Source: an uncultured Candidatus Saccharibacteria bacterium
GTDB taxonomy: Bacteria; Patescibacteriota; Minisyncoccia; UBA11713; 2-01-FULL-45-33
NCBI GenBank assembly: GCA_964367075.1
Contig: CAYIWH010000001.1
Location: 1-58,628 of the forward strand
Length of the DNA: 58,628 nucleotides
Direction of reading: 5' to 3'
Part shown: positions 35,630 through 44,063 of the stretch, piece after piece
Layout of the letters: every line of letters begins with the position of its first letter
How positions within the stretch are numbered: the stretch's first letter is position 1
Made by a program: the position numbers and the translations under genes
Notes under the pieces: model-generated
Told to the model about the DNA's origin: nothing
Database searches by the model: none
Seen by the model: only the letters and a program-made list of their open reading frames with translations

Positions 35630-36586
35630 TTATTTTTTTTGCTTGTTTATAAATGCCCCTATAATTGGGTCTAAATTCCCGTCCATTATTGTTTGAATAT
35701 TGTGCCATGATTCTTTAATACGATGATCAGTTATACGATCTTGCAGGAAATTGTATGTGCGGATTTTTTCAGAGCGATCAGCAGTGCCGATTTGTTCTTT
35801 GCGTTCACGGCGCAACGCCTCTTCTTCTTTGTGGAGCTGTTCATCAAGAAGTTTGGAGCGCAATACTTGCATGGCGCGCTCTCTATTTTTCAATTGAGAT
35901 CGTTCTTCGCGTGAAGAAATAACGATACCTGTAGGTTTGTGAAGTATTCTTACTGCAGTTTCAACCTTGTTTACATTTTGTCCTCCGGGGCCTCCAGCGC
36001 GTGAAAAACTAACTTCAATATCCGATTCTTTTATATCAATTTCTTTCTCTTCTGCGATAGGCAAAATTGCAACAGACGCGGTTGATGTGTGTATTCTGCC
36101 GGATTTTTCCGTTGATGGTATTCGTTGAATTCTATGCACGCCAGACTCGTATTTAAGCATATCATAGACTCCATTGCCTTTGATTTCCGCAATTACTTCT
36201 TTGTATCCGCCGACTTCATTTTTTGATTCATCAATAATACTAAAACTCCAGCCTCGTTTTTGTGAGTATGTTTGATACATTCTAAACAAATCTGCCGCGA
36301 ATAATGCAGCCTCATCTCCTCCAGCTCCTGCGCGTAATTCCAAAATAGCGTTATCTTTATTATAGCCTTGCCTAATCCCTAACATTTCTGCAAATTTTAT
36401 TTCAATTTCTTTTTTTCTCATATCAGCCGCTTCGGTGTATTCTCCATAGAGTGTTTTAACTTTAGACAATTCACCGAATTTAATCATTTTATCTCTTGAC
36501 CATTTGAAGCTTTCTGCAACATCAAGTTCCATTGCGTCATATTCCGCGATAGATTCCTCAAGTTTTTTTTGTAATTCAACATTCAT
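35630..36586 (-). CDS. prfA: Peptide chain release factor 1
   Basis: A PST tripeptide ([14 protein letters not shown]) and GGQ ([10 protein letters not shown]). The start is ATG 36586, or possibly TTG 36628. Confidence 0.9.
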   Translation of the reverse strand: MNVELQKKLEESIAEYDAMELDVAESFKWSRDKMIKFGELSKVKTLYGEYTEAADMRKKEIEIKFAEMLGIRQGYNKDNAILELRAGAGGDEAALFAADLFRMYQTYSQKRGWSFSIIDESKNEVGGYKEVIAEIKGNGVYDMLKYESGVHRIQRIPSTEKSGRIHTSTASVAILPIAEEKEIDIKESDIEVSFSRAGGPGGQNVNKVETAVRILHKPTGIVISSREERSQLKNRERAMQVLRSKLLDEQLHKEEEALRRERKEQIGTADRSEKIRTYNFLQDRITDHRIKESWHNIQTIMDGNLDPIIGAFINKQKK

Positions 36587-36644
36587 AAATATAAGATTTT
36601 TGTACACGGAAAAAATCTGCGCATACAATTATAGAGAAATTAAG

Positions 36645-36869
36645 TTATTTTTTTGAGGATGATTTATGTGCTTTTGCCGCTCGCGTTTTATATTTTTCTA
36701 CGCGTCCGGCCGCATCAATAATCTTTTCCTTTCCAGTATAATACGGATGACACTGTGAGCAAATTTCAACAGCAACATTTTCTTTTGTAGCGCCCCTTTT
36801 TAAGCCTGCTCCGCACGCGCACTGGATATTGGATTTTGGATAATATTGCGGATGAATATTCTGTTTCAT
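36645..36869 (-). CDS. rpmE: 50S ribosomal protein L31 (zinc-binding type)
   Basis: MKQNIHPQYY, CACG...CSQCHPYYTG. Confidence 0.92.
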   Translation of the reverse strand: MKQNIHPQYYPKSNIQCACGAGLKRGATKENVAVEICSQCHPYYTGKEKIIDAAGRVEKYKTRAAKAHKSSSKK

Positions 36870-36875
36870 ATAGAT

Positions 36876-36904
36876 ATCATATCATAGTCTACTTGCATTT
36901 GCAA
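36876..36904 (-). promoter_or_regulatory. Sigma70-like promoter of rpmE (leaderless)
   Basis: On the minus strand: TTGCAA, a 17-nt spacer, TATGAT, then 6 nt to the ATG. Confidence 0.6.
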
Positions 36905-36921
36905 CTTTATTTATGTATACT
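36893..36921 (+). promoter_or_regulatory. Sigma70-like promoter of rpsB (leaderless or nearly so)
   Basis: TTGCAT, a 17-nt spacer ending in TG, TATACT, then 9 nt to ATG 36931. It overlaps the divergent rpmE -35 element. Confidence 0.62.
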
Positions 36922-36930
36922 CTTTTTTAT

Positions 36931-37680
36931 ATGACAGATACAAATACCAAAATAAACAATATCAACGATAAACCAACTTCCACTGATTTAGAAAGGCTTT
37001 TTGAAGCTGGAGCACATATTGGACATTCCAAAGTTCGCAGAAACCCAAAAATGAGTAAATACATATTCGGGATACGTAATAATATTGAGATTTTCAATTT
37101 ACAACTTACGGAATCAAAACTAAAAGAAGCAGAAGGGTATATGTATGAATTAGGCAAAAATAAAAAACTAGTTCTTTTTGTTGGATCAAAACCAGCGGCG
37201 CGCAAATACGTGAGCATGGCGGCAAAGCGCCTTGGGATGCCATGTGTTACTGAACGATGGCTTGGCGGAGTGCTTACAAATTTTAAAGCCATGGAAGCTC
37301 GACTTGCTTATTGGCAAAATCTTGAACGAGAGGTCAATGACGGAGGTCTTGATAAATATGTCAAAAAAGAACGCATATTAAAATTAACAGAATTACGGAA
37401 ATTAACTCGCATGTTCGGCGGGCTTCGATCATTAACAAGAATACCAGACGCAATAGTCATTATAGACCCTAAAGAAGAGAATACCGCGACACAAGAGGCT
37501 CGCAAAAAGAATTTAAAAATTATTGCGTTGTTGAACAATGATTGTAATCCAGAAGAGATTGCGTATCCAATACCCGCCAATGATGATTCAGCAGAGGTTA
37601 TTTCGGTTATTCTCGATCATCTTACAAATGCGTACGAAACTGGAAAGCGTACTAATACAGAACCATCGATTATCGTCTAA
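36931..37680 (+). CDS. rpsB: 30S ribosomal protein S2
   Basis: LFEAGAHIGH...IFGIRNNIEIFNL...VIIDP. ATG 36913 lies inside the promoter, so 36931 is preferred. Confidence 0.93.
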   Translation: MTDTNTKINNINDKPTSTDLERLFEAGAHIGHSKVRRNPKMSKYIFGIRNNIEIFNLQLTESKLKEAEGYMYELGKNKKLVLFVGSKPAARKYVSMAAKRLGMPCVTERWLGGVLTNFKAMEARLAYWQNLEREVNDGGLDKYVKKERILKLTELRKLTRMFGGLRSLTRIPDAIVIIDPKEENTATQEARKKNLKIIALLNNDCNPEEIAYPIPANDDSAEVISVILDHLTNAYETGKRTNTEPSIIV

Positions 37681-37702
37681 TTATTATAAATTATTTTTTA
37701 AT

Positions 37703-38290
37703 ATGAGTGTGTCAAATGATCTTGTTAAACATCTTCGGCAAATTACTGGAAACTCCATCTCTCTTTGTAAAAAAGTTTTGGATGAATCTGGTGGGGACAT
37801 GGAAAAGGCTCTTATACTTTTAAGAAAATCTTCTGACGCGCTTGCTGTTAAAAAAGAAGGACGAACAACAGGCGCCGGCATTATAGAAACATATCTTCAT
37901 GGAAACAAAAAAATCGGAGTATTATTGGATATTCGATGTGAGACAGATTTTGTGGCTCGTAATAACGAGTTTCAATCATTAGCGCACGACATCGCGCTTC
38001 ATATCGCGGGAGCACGGCCTTTGTATATCAATAAAGATGATATACCATCCGATGTGCGCGAAGAAGCAGAGCGACTTTTTATGGATGAATCTCAAAATCT
38101 TGGTAAATCTCCAGATATGACAAAAAAGATTGTTGAAGGAAAGTTGAAAGCTCATTTTCGAGATACATCTCTTTTGTCTCAATCGTTTGTCAAGGATCCG
38201 AATATTACCATTGAAGAACTTATAACAAGAGGTATTACGCATTTTGGAGAAAAAATAGAAATAGAAAGATTCACGCGTTTTGAAATATGA
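37703..38290 (+). CDS. tsf: Elongation factor Ts (short form)
   Basis: VKHLRQITGNSISLCKKVLDESGGDMEKALILLRK is the UBA-like N-terminus, and ETDFVARN is present. Confidence 0.88.
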   Translation: MSVSNDLVKHLRQITGNSISLCKKVLDESGGDMEKALILLRKSSDALAVKKEGRTTGAGIIETYLHGNKKIGVLLDIRCETDFVARNNEFQSLAHDIALHIAGARPLYINKDDIPSDVREEAERLFMDESQNLGKSPDMTKKIVEGKLKAHFRDTSLLSQSFVKDPNITIEELITRGITHFGEKIEIERFTRFEI

Positions 38291-38646
38291 TATTTTATAT
38301 AATCTTATTATTTTTAAGTGTTGCCGCGTTATTCTATATTGTGTTTCGTCATAAAAACGAACTTACGGAACGATACGAAACGTTTTTCACGGAATACCCC
38401 GCAAATTTTTCGCATTTTATGAATGATATTTCAAAAGAATTCCGCGAAATATGGAATATCCACATGAGAGATCAAATTCTTTTATTTATAGAAAAGCGTT
38501 TGCGGTGGTTTCGCATTATTGCGTTACGGATTGAGCACTTATTGTTTCGCGCGACACACCATGTGCGCGATGCATCTAATCGCAATGGCGTGTCTGCAGA
38601 TAAGATAGTTGATGCTAATCTAGAACAAGATAAAGATATAAAATAA
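38287..38646 (+). CDS. Hypothetical membrane-anchored protein
   Basis: An N-terminal TM. It overlaps the tsf stop (ATGA). Confidence 0.55.
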   Translation: MIFYIILLFLSVAALFYIVFRHKNELTERYETFFTEYPANFSHFMNDISKEFREIWNIHMRDQILLFIEKRLRWFRIIALRIEHLLFRATHHVRDASNRNGVSADKIVDANLEQDKDIK

Positions 38647-38663
38647 TATTTTGTAAAAATTTT

Positions 38664-38735
38664 GCCGGAGTAGCTCAATGGCAGAGCAGTGCTTTTGTAA
38701 AGCAAAGGTTGGAGGTTCGACTCCTCTCTCCGGCT
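38664..38735 (+). tRNA. tRNA-Thr(TGT), CCA not encoded
   Basis: GCCGGAG TA GCTC AATGGCA GAGC A GTGCT TTTGTAA AGCAA AGGTT GGAGG TTCGACT CCTCT CTCCGGC T. Confidence 0.9.
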
Positions 38736-38763
38736 CAAAATAGGCAAAATTTTATTTATCTTG

Positions 38764-38801
38764 AATAAAACGAGACTTTCTGCGTTTGAGCAGAAAGTCT
38801 C
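38764..38801 (-). terminator. 12-bp hairpin with a minus-strand T-tract (a possible terminator with no annotated minus-strand gene)
   Basis: GAGACTTTCTGC-GTTTGA-GCAGAAAGTCTC. On the minus strand it is followed by GTTTTATT. Confidence 0.35.
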
Positions 38802-38828
38802 CCGGTTCAAATCCGAGAGGTGGCTCCA
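38801..38828 (+). other. Orphan fragment resembling a tRNA 3' end (T-arm, acceptor 3' strand, CCA)
   Basis: CCCGG TTCAAAT CCGAG AGGTGGC T CCA, with one mismatch in the T-stem. No complementary 5' acceptor strand lies within 300 nt on either side. Confidence 0.35.
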
Positions 38829-39059
38829 GAATCAGACTTTCAGAAAAAACACCGACTTTTTGATGGGACGCGCGAAGCGCGTCCCACGCTCTCGGGTCTT
38901 CTGTGTCTTTTTCTACAAAAGTGGAGTATCTTTACGACCTCGCTCGAACTTACTTTATCAAAAATTCGTGATGAACGAAAGCCAATACCCAAATAATCTA
39001 TACTGTGCTATATTTAAAGCACTAAGGTCGCTTAATTAATAAATTAAAATAACAATTAT

Positions 39060-39503
39060 ATGAGTATAGAGAATATGTCTGCTGGCGTTCCTCAAGAAAG
39101 TGAGGAAGAAATTGAAGCTAAACAGCGCAAAAACGATCAACTATTTAAAGAACAAGCTGATGTTCGCAATAAAGATCGTAGCACTGTGAAAAAAATGTTT
39201 GGAGTAGGCAAAGTGTCGGGTGTAGATATGGCCCATGAAGAAGCTCTACGTATTAACCAGTTGGTTGACGAAAAAGTTAAACGAGAAGGCGAAAAAACAT
39301 CGCCCCAATTGGCTGCTGATGAGATTCTAAAATTTAGTCGGAAACATGATGCCACAGTAGATGCAAGTGGAAATGTCAAAAGAGAACGGTTTTCTTGGAA
39401 CCACGAAAGCGACATGAAAAAATTATCAGAAGGTTTAAAAATTGCGCAGAGAGAGAGAGAGAGATGCAAAGATTATATGAAGCATATACTAAACAAAATT
39501 TAG
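39060..39503 (+). CDS. Hypothetical charged protein (possibly the N-terminal part of a frame-split gene)
   Basis: A 147-aa ORF that ends 37 nt after the (AG)8 tract. Confidence 0.55.
   Translation: MSIENMSAGVPQESEEEIEAKQRKNDQLFKEQADVRNKDRSTVKKMFGVGKVSGVDMAHEEALRINQLVDEKVKREGEKTSPQLAADEILKFSRKHDATVDASGNVKRERFSWNHESDMKKLSEGLKIAQRERERCKDYMKHILNKI
39448..39464. repeat. (AG)8 dinucleotide repeat
   Basis: AGAGAGAGAGAGAGAGA lies at the frame junction of ORFs 39060-39503 and 39395/39464-39841. Confidence 0.95.
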
Positions 39504-39841
39504 GATATGTAACGAAGGGAATGATTGACAGTGTACCAAATCCTAGCGAAATAACTATCGCAGAAGCGCTTGATTTGTTACAAATCCTTGAAAGAGTAGT
39601 GCGTGAGAAGGTGGGGCAGATGAAATCAGAAGTGGGTACTGATAGTACTGCATATTCAAAAGAATTATTTGATGTATTCGAAACGCGTGAGAAAGAATTA
39701 AACGATATCAGTATAGCGTTGTGTCAGCTAAAAGAATTACCCGATCAAGGTCGTGGTTTGAATGAAGTTTATACTGATTTAAAAACACATTTGATCAAAA
39801 AAGAAATTCTAAAAGACGCCAATTCGCAGGAATTGAAATAG
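39464..39841 (+). CDS. Hypothetical protein (possibly the C-terminal part of a frame-split gene)
   Basis: The ATG immediately follows the AG tract. The open frame extends upstream to 39395. Confidence 0.55.
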   Translation: MQRLYEAYTKQNLGYVTKGMIDSVPNPSEITIAEALDLLQILERVVREKVGQMKSEVGTDSTAYSKELFDVFETREKELNDISIALCQLKELPDQGRGLNEVYTDLKTHLIKKEILKDANSQELK

Positions 39842-40251
39842 AAAAATAGAAGTTTCGTTTCAATATAATCCAATCAGGATCCAAGCAAAACGTTTCTTTC
39901 TTTTTTAGAAGAATTTTTTGGCGGCGTGCGTAAATCAAACTAGCCAGGAGTGTTTGCTTTCGGGGTTTTGCCATCCAAGTATTCTGGCAGTGTGGTGTGG
40001 CTTCAATTTGGACTCGGTAAAGCGAAAATCTTTTTTCTGGGGATTTTTTGATTTTTTGCTTTACCTCAACTGATTTCCCGCCCGCAGGAGTGGTCTGGGG
40101 AGGAATGTGGGCGGGCTTCGCTTTCGGATTTTTTTGGGATATAAAATAATAATGTTATACTATTTAAACACTTGCAAATATGCGTTTTGTTTGTAGTTTT
40201 TATCTTTTTAAAGTTGCACTCTTTATTTAAAATATGGTATTATAATTTTAT

Positions 40252-40677
40252 ATGAAGTTTTTATTCACAATATTTCTAATCACTAGTTTTATTGGTGTTG
40301 CCGTATTTGGTGTTTTTGGTATGCACTCTGATATGCAAAATCATGACGATGGGTGCATTTTTGCAGTATCTCAAAGAGCTGATTGCACTAAACGAATTAA
40401 TCCTATTGATTATCTTGCCTTTCATTTTGATAGTTTCAAAAATTTTCTTGCCACCACTTTTAATAACAATCTTTTTGTTTTGCTTTTACAGCTTTTTGTG
40501 TTTATCGCAGGAGCAAGTTTTTGGGCTTGGCGCGGCGCTTATTTGATTTTGCTAAAATTACATCCAGCTCATTATTTCCATAGGCTGGAATTATTTAAAA
40601 AACATCCACAGCGCGAGTTTTTGAAATGGCTTGCTTTTCATGAAAACAGCCCTACATTTTTAAGGACGCTGATATAA
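40252..40677 (+). CDS. Hypothetical membrane protein with an HDDGC...ADC motif
   Basis: Two or three TM segments. TATAAT lies 5 nt upstream of the ATG. Confidence 0.6.
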   Translation: MKFLFTIFLITSFIGVAVFGVFGMHSDMQNHDDGCIFAVSQRADCTKRINPIDYLAFHFDSFKNFLATTFNNNLFVLLLQLFVFIAGASFWAWRGAYLILLKLHPAHYFHRLELFKKHPQREFLKWLAFHENSPTFLRTLI

Positions 40678-40785
40678 AGCTGTACGCCAAATTGTGGAGT
40701 ATCATAAGGCTTGTATTGCGCGTCGTTTTTGTTTCTCTATTTTACAGAGATTTTTATTTGTAAATTTTAACTAACAATTAATTAT

Positions 40786-41292
40786 ATGAACATAAAAACA
40801 ATTATTATTTCAGTGTTTGTTGTTTTAGCTCTCTTGGTGGCGCTTGCATGGATGGGCTATAAAAACACATCATCAGCTCTATTGTCACAGGATTCAAATT
40901 CAGCAAAAAGTCAACTTACTGCGTCGGAAATACTCCACGACTTTGGAACGATATCAATGGCAAATGGAAAAGTGGACACAACATTCAAAATCACCAATCC
41001 TACAAGCAAGGGTATTGTGTTATCTAGTATCGTAACATCTTGTATGTGTACTAATGCGTATATTGTGAAAAATGGAAGAGAAAGAGGTCCGTTTGGTATG
41101 TCTGGACACGGCGGGCTGGTTCCTTCGGCAGACGAGACTATAAAGACTGGCGAATCTTTGGATATAAAAGTCGTTTATGATCCAAACGCTCACGGGCCAG
41201 CCGGAGTCGGGTCAATAGATAGAATTGTTGAACTTACCGATGCCGATGGAGGAATGTTGCATCTCGAAATAAAAGCGTCAGTAACTCCATAA
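40786..41292 (+). CDS. DUF1573-domain protein (membrane-anchored, extracytoplasmic)
   Basis: HDFGTISMANGKVDTTFKITNPTSKGIVLSSIVTSCMCT. Confidence 0.75.
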   Translation: MNIKTIIISVFVVLALLVALAWMGYKNTSSALLSQDSNSAKSQLTASEILHDFGTISMANGKVDTTFKITNPTSKGIVLSSIVTSCMCTNAYIVKNGRERGPFGMSGHGGLVPSADETIKTGESLDIKVVYDPNAHGPAGVGSIDRIVELTDADGGMLHLEIKASVTP

Positions 41293-41298
41293 CTATTT

Positions 41299-42078
41299 AT
41301 GAAAAGAATATTCATAATTTTTTCAATTGTTCTAGTTATTATCACTGGACTTGTAATACTCAAAAATACACCTGCTACAGCTTCATTGATTTGGAATTTT
41401 AGCAACAATGGAAAATGGCTTTTGCCTCTTGTCTTGTTGTCAGCGCTTCTTGATAGTGTGCATCCGTGTTCATTTTCTATTTTGCTTATTACTATTGCAT
41501 TTTTGTTTGGGATGCAGATGACGAGAAAAAAAATTCTTCGGATTGGCGGAACATATATTATTGGTATTTTTATAGCATATCTTTTAATTGGACTCGGAAT
41601 TTTACAGGTTTTACATTTATTCAATACCCCCCACTTTATGGGTAAGCTTGGTGCAACTATCCTTATTATTTTTGGAGTTCTTAATCTAATCAATAGATTT
41701 TTCCCGAGATTCCCAATAAAACTAAAAATGCCGTCAGTTTCCCATAATACAATGAGTTGGCTTATGGATAAAGCGTCAATTCCTTCTGCGTTTGGACTTG
41801 GCCTTCTGGTTGGTATATGCCAGTTTCCGTGTATGGGAGGGCCATATTTGATGGTTATTGGGCTTTTGCGCGATCAAGTAACATATTTTATTGGGTTTAG
41901 TTATTTGATTCTATATAATCTAATTCTTGCCTTACCACTTGTGGTAGTTCTTTGGATTGCCGCGGACAAAACAATGGTGGATAAAATGCAAGAATGGAAA
42001 ATAACGAATATGCGTGGAGTGCGACTTTGGGCAGGACTTGCTATGATCATTATAGGTAGTTTAATTTTTTTCATCTAA
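41299..42078 (+). CDS. CcdA/DsbD-family transmembrane thiol-disulfide electron transporter
   Basis: Six TM segments, with LDSVHPCSFSIL and CQFPCMGGPYL cysteine motifs. Confidence 0.72.
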   Translation: MKRIFIIFSIVLVIITGLVILKNTPATASLIWNFSNNGKWLLPLVLLSALLDSVHPCSFSILLITIAFLFGMQMTRKKILRIGGTYIIGIFIAYLLIGLGILQVLHLFNTPHFMGKLGATILIIFGVLNLINRFFPRFPIKLKMPSVSHNTMSWLMDKASIPSAFGLGLLVGICQFPCMGGPYLMVIGLLRDQVTYFIGFSYLILYNLILALPLVVVLWIAADKTMVDKMQEWKITNMRGVRLWAGLAMIIIGSLIFFI

Positions 42079-42079
42079 T

Positions 42080-42436
42080 ATGAACATCAAAATTTGCCCA
42101 ATATGTGTCGCGGTTAGCGGGACATGGTTATTAATACAAATCGGCGTATATGGCGGATTATTAATGGCAAACAATTGGATACTTGTTGCTGCGATTGCTA
42201 TGGGCGGGACGGTTGTCGGAATAGCGTATCAAAAACAATCGTTGTTTTGGAAATCAATTGTCATTACAATTGGCATGCCGGTGGCATATTTATTTGTTAC
42301 GCACATCAATCCACTTGTTATCGTTCTAGAAATTATTATCTTGCTCATTTTCGCATATATGTTTTTTTTGAAGCAAGGGTCAACTAGAAATTACAATGTG
42401 CGCGATCTAGAAACTAAATTAAAAAATTGTTGTTAA
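42080..42436 (+). CDS. Small membrane protein with an N-terminal CPIC motif
   Basis: MNIKICPICVAVSGTW followed by 4 TM segments. Confidence 0.55.
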   Translation: MNIKICPICVAVSGTWLLIQIGVYGGLLMANNWILVAAIAMGGTVVGIAYQKQSLFWKSIVITIGMPVAYLFVTHINPLVIVLEIIILLIFAYMFFLKQGSTRNYNVRDLETKLKNCC

Positions 42437-42452
42437 TTAAAATTAAAAAACT

Positions 42453-43448
42453 ATGGAAAATGAAACACAAAACAAAATAGTTGAAAATAATCCGCCTGCT
42501 GAGGAGCAATCAAAAAAAGATCACACGCTTGCGGCAAGCATTTTGGTTTCTGCTCTTATTCTCGCAGGCACATGGATATATATGACAAATAGAGCAAACC
42601 TCAATCTGCTCTCGGTGAATAGTGATATACAAGCTATAAAGAGCGTTGAAGAAAAAGTTTTGCCTTCCAATGGAGCTGTCCTTCCGGCTAGTTGGGGCAA
42701 TTTGGGATCACAGCTAGTTAGCGCTGGAGTGATAGATGTTGATAAACTCAAGGCAATATATAACGCAAGGGGAACATTTACAGAAGAATACAATACGCTT
42801 CTTCTCGGACAAAATAATGGCAATCTTAAAATTACAAAAGATAACGCGGATTATCTGTTGAATTTATTTTGGGCGCTTGGCCTTGCCAATAAAAATTCTA
42901 TTTTAGAAACTGGCGAAATGATGAACCCGGAGTTTGGGGGACCACAAAATTTTGCTTCTATCGGCGGTTGGACAATTTCAAAAGGTAATCCAATGAATTA
43001 TTACAGTAAATATCAGTTTTTAAGTTTAACTTCGCAACAACAGGCTCTTGTAGAAAAAATATCAAAGGGTATTTATAGGCCTTGTTGCGGTAATTCAACC
43101 CATTTTCCTGATTGTAATCATGGTATGGCTATGCTCGGACTTTTGGAATTAATGGCTTCACAAGGCGCAAGCGAGCAAGATATGTGGAAAACCGCCCTCA
43201 TTGTAAATTCTTATTGGTTTCCGGACAACTATCTTACAATCTCTAAATATATGCAAAACAAGGGTATTGATTGGAAAGATGTAAATCCGCAGGAAATTCT
43301 CGGAGCAAATTATTCCAGCGCATCTGGATACAAACAAATTGCAGCACAAGTGACTAAACCGAAGCAACAGCAAAATGAAGGAGGTTGTAGTGTAGACACT
43401 GGAGAATCATCAACACCGCAACGCCAGCAAGGCGGTTGTGGAATATAA
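42453..43448 (+). CDS. Membrane-anchored extracytoplasmic protein with a PCCG-x6-DCNHG motif (PCYCGC-family-like?)
   Basis: One TM, then RPCCGNSTHFPDCNHGMAMLG. The C-terminus has GGCS...GGCGI. Confidence 0.6.
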   Translation: MENETQNKIVENNPPAEEQSKKDHTLAASILVSALILAGTWIYMTNRANLNLLSVNSDIQAIKSVEEKVLPSNGAVLPASWGNLGSQLVSAGVIDVDKLKAIYNARGTFTEEYNTLLLGQNNGNLKITKDNADYLLNLFWALGLANKNSILETGEMMNPEFGGPQNFASIGGWTISKGNPMNYYSKYQFLSLTSQQQALVEKISKGIYRPCCGNSTHFPDCNHGMAMLGLLELMASQGASEQDMWKTALIVNSYWFPDNYLTISKYMQNKGIDWKDVNPQEILGANYSSASGYKQIAAQVTKPKQQQNEGGCSVDTGESSTPQRQQGGCGI

Positions 43449-43511
43449 GATATCCACACCATAACTGTAATAACTGTTGATTTATAGGTAATAGGGGTAT
43501 AGGATATATTC

Positions 43512-43784
43512 ATGGTAGATCAAAAATTAAAAAAGAGAGCAATTCATAGGGCAAAGATCATTTGTGGACAGCTGGAAGGACTTATTAGCGCTATTGAGAA
43601 AGAAGCATATTGTCCAGAGCTTTTAAGACAGTCTTTCTCTATTCAAAGGTCGCTTAAAAGCCTTGATGCATTTCTTCTTGAGAATCATTTACGGACACAT
43701 GTAAAGCACCAGCTGTCTAACAAAGAAAAAGAAGAAAATTCTATCAAGGAGCTTATAAAAATTTATACATTATCAAATAAATAA
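43512..43784 (+). CDS. csoR: CsoR/RcnR-family metal-sensing transcriptional repressor
   Basis: RAKIICGQLEGLISAIEKEAYCPELLRQSFSIQRSL is the DUF156 pattern, with Cys and His ligand positions. Confidence 0.85.
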   Translation: MVDQKLKKRAIHRAKIICGQLEGLISAIEKEAYCPELLRQSFSIQRSLKSLDAFLLENHLRTHVKHQLSNKEKEENSIKELIKIYTLSNK

Positions 43785-43791
43785 AAAAAAT

Positions 43792-44058
43792 ATGGATAAA
43801 TTATCTTTAAAATTATACGGCTGGAAATGTGTTCTTGGAACTGAAGTAGTGTATATTATTTGCCTTGTTGGCGGATTTTTGCCGCTTCGGAGTGTACGAG
43901 GTATGGAATTGCATCATACTTTGTTCGAAACATTACCAGGCTTTACGTGGATTAATTTCGGAAGCATAATGCTTGGTCTAATCTATATGTTTGTATTTTC
44001 ATGGATATTCACTTGGTACTATGTATGGATGCACAATTCCAGCTTGATTAAAGAATAG
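43792..44058 (+). CDS. Small membrane protein
   Basis: Two or three TM segments, in the csoR-copA operon context. Confidence 0.55.
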   Translation: MDKLSLKLYGWKCVLGTEVVYIICLVGGFLPLRSVRGMELHHTLFETLPGFTWINFGSIMLGLIYMFVFSWIFTWYYVWMHNSSLIKE

Positions 44059-44063
44059 TCTAT

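Noticed and set aside
35210-35674. A 154-aa plus-strand ORF overlapping the 3' part of the lytic-transglycosylase gene in another frame.
   Set aside because: It is an alternative frame of a well-supported gene with no independent start signal, and it runs into the convergent prfA gene.
38472-38810. A 112-aa minus-strand ORF, and the similar 57903-58199 ORF.
   Set aside because: Both are antisense translations across tRNA genes (Thr and Tyr). The ...EESNLQPLLYKSTALPLSYSG and KDSNLRSP... peptides are the usual tRNA-derived artefacts.
38772-38828. The possibility that the T-arm/CCA fragment is the end of a tmRNA (standard or permuted).
   Set aside because: The discriminator is U rather than A, no G3:U70-compatible acceptor can be formed, no 5' acceptor strand or tag reading frame is nearby, and a standard tmRNA would have to overlap a CDS and tRNA-Thr.
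38761-39039. A 92-aa plus-strand ORF in the tRNA-Thr downstream region.
   Set aside because: It starts at a non-ATG codon, runs through several strong hairpins and the tRNA-like fragment, and has no RBS or promoter box. The region looks RNA-structural rather than coding.
43449-43511. A CsoR operator upstream of csoR (TAGGGGTATAGG).
   Set aside because: Only a half-site-like GGGGTAT is present, without the complementary ATACCCC arm. No GC-rich pseudo-palindrome lies upstream of copA either, so no operator can be supported by eye.
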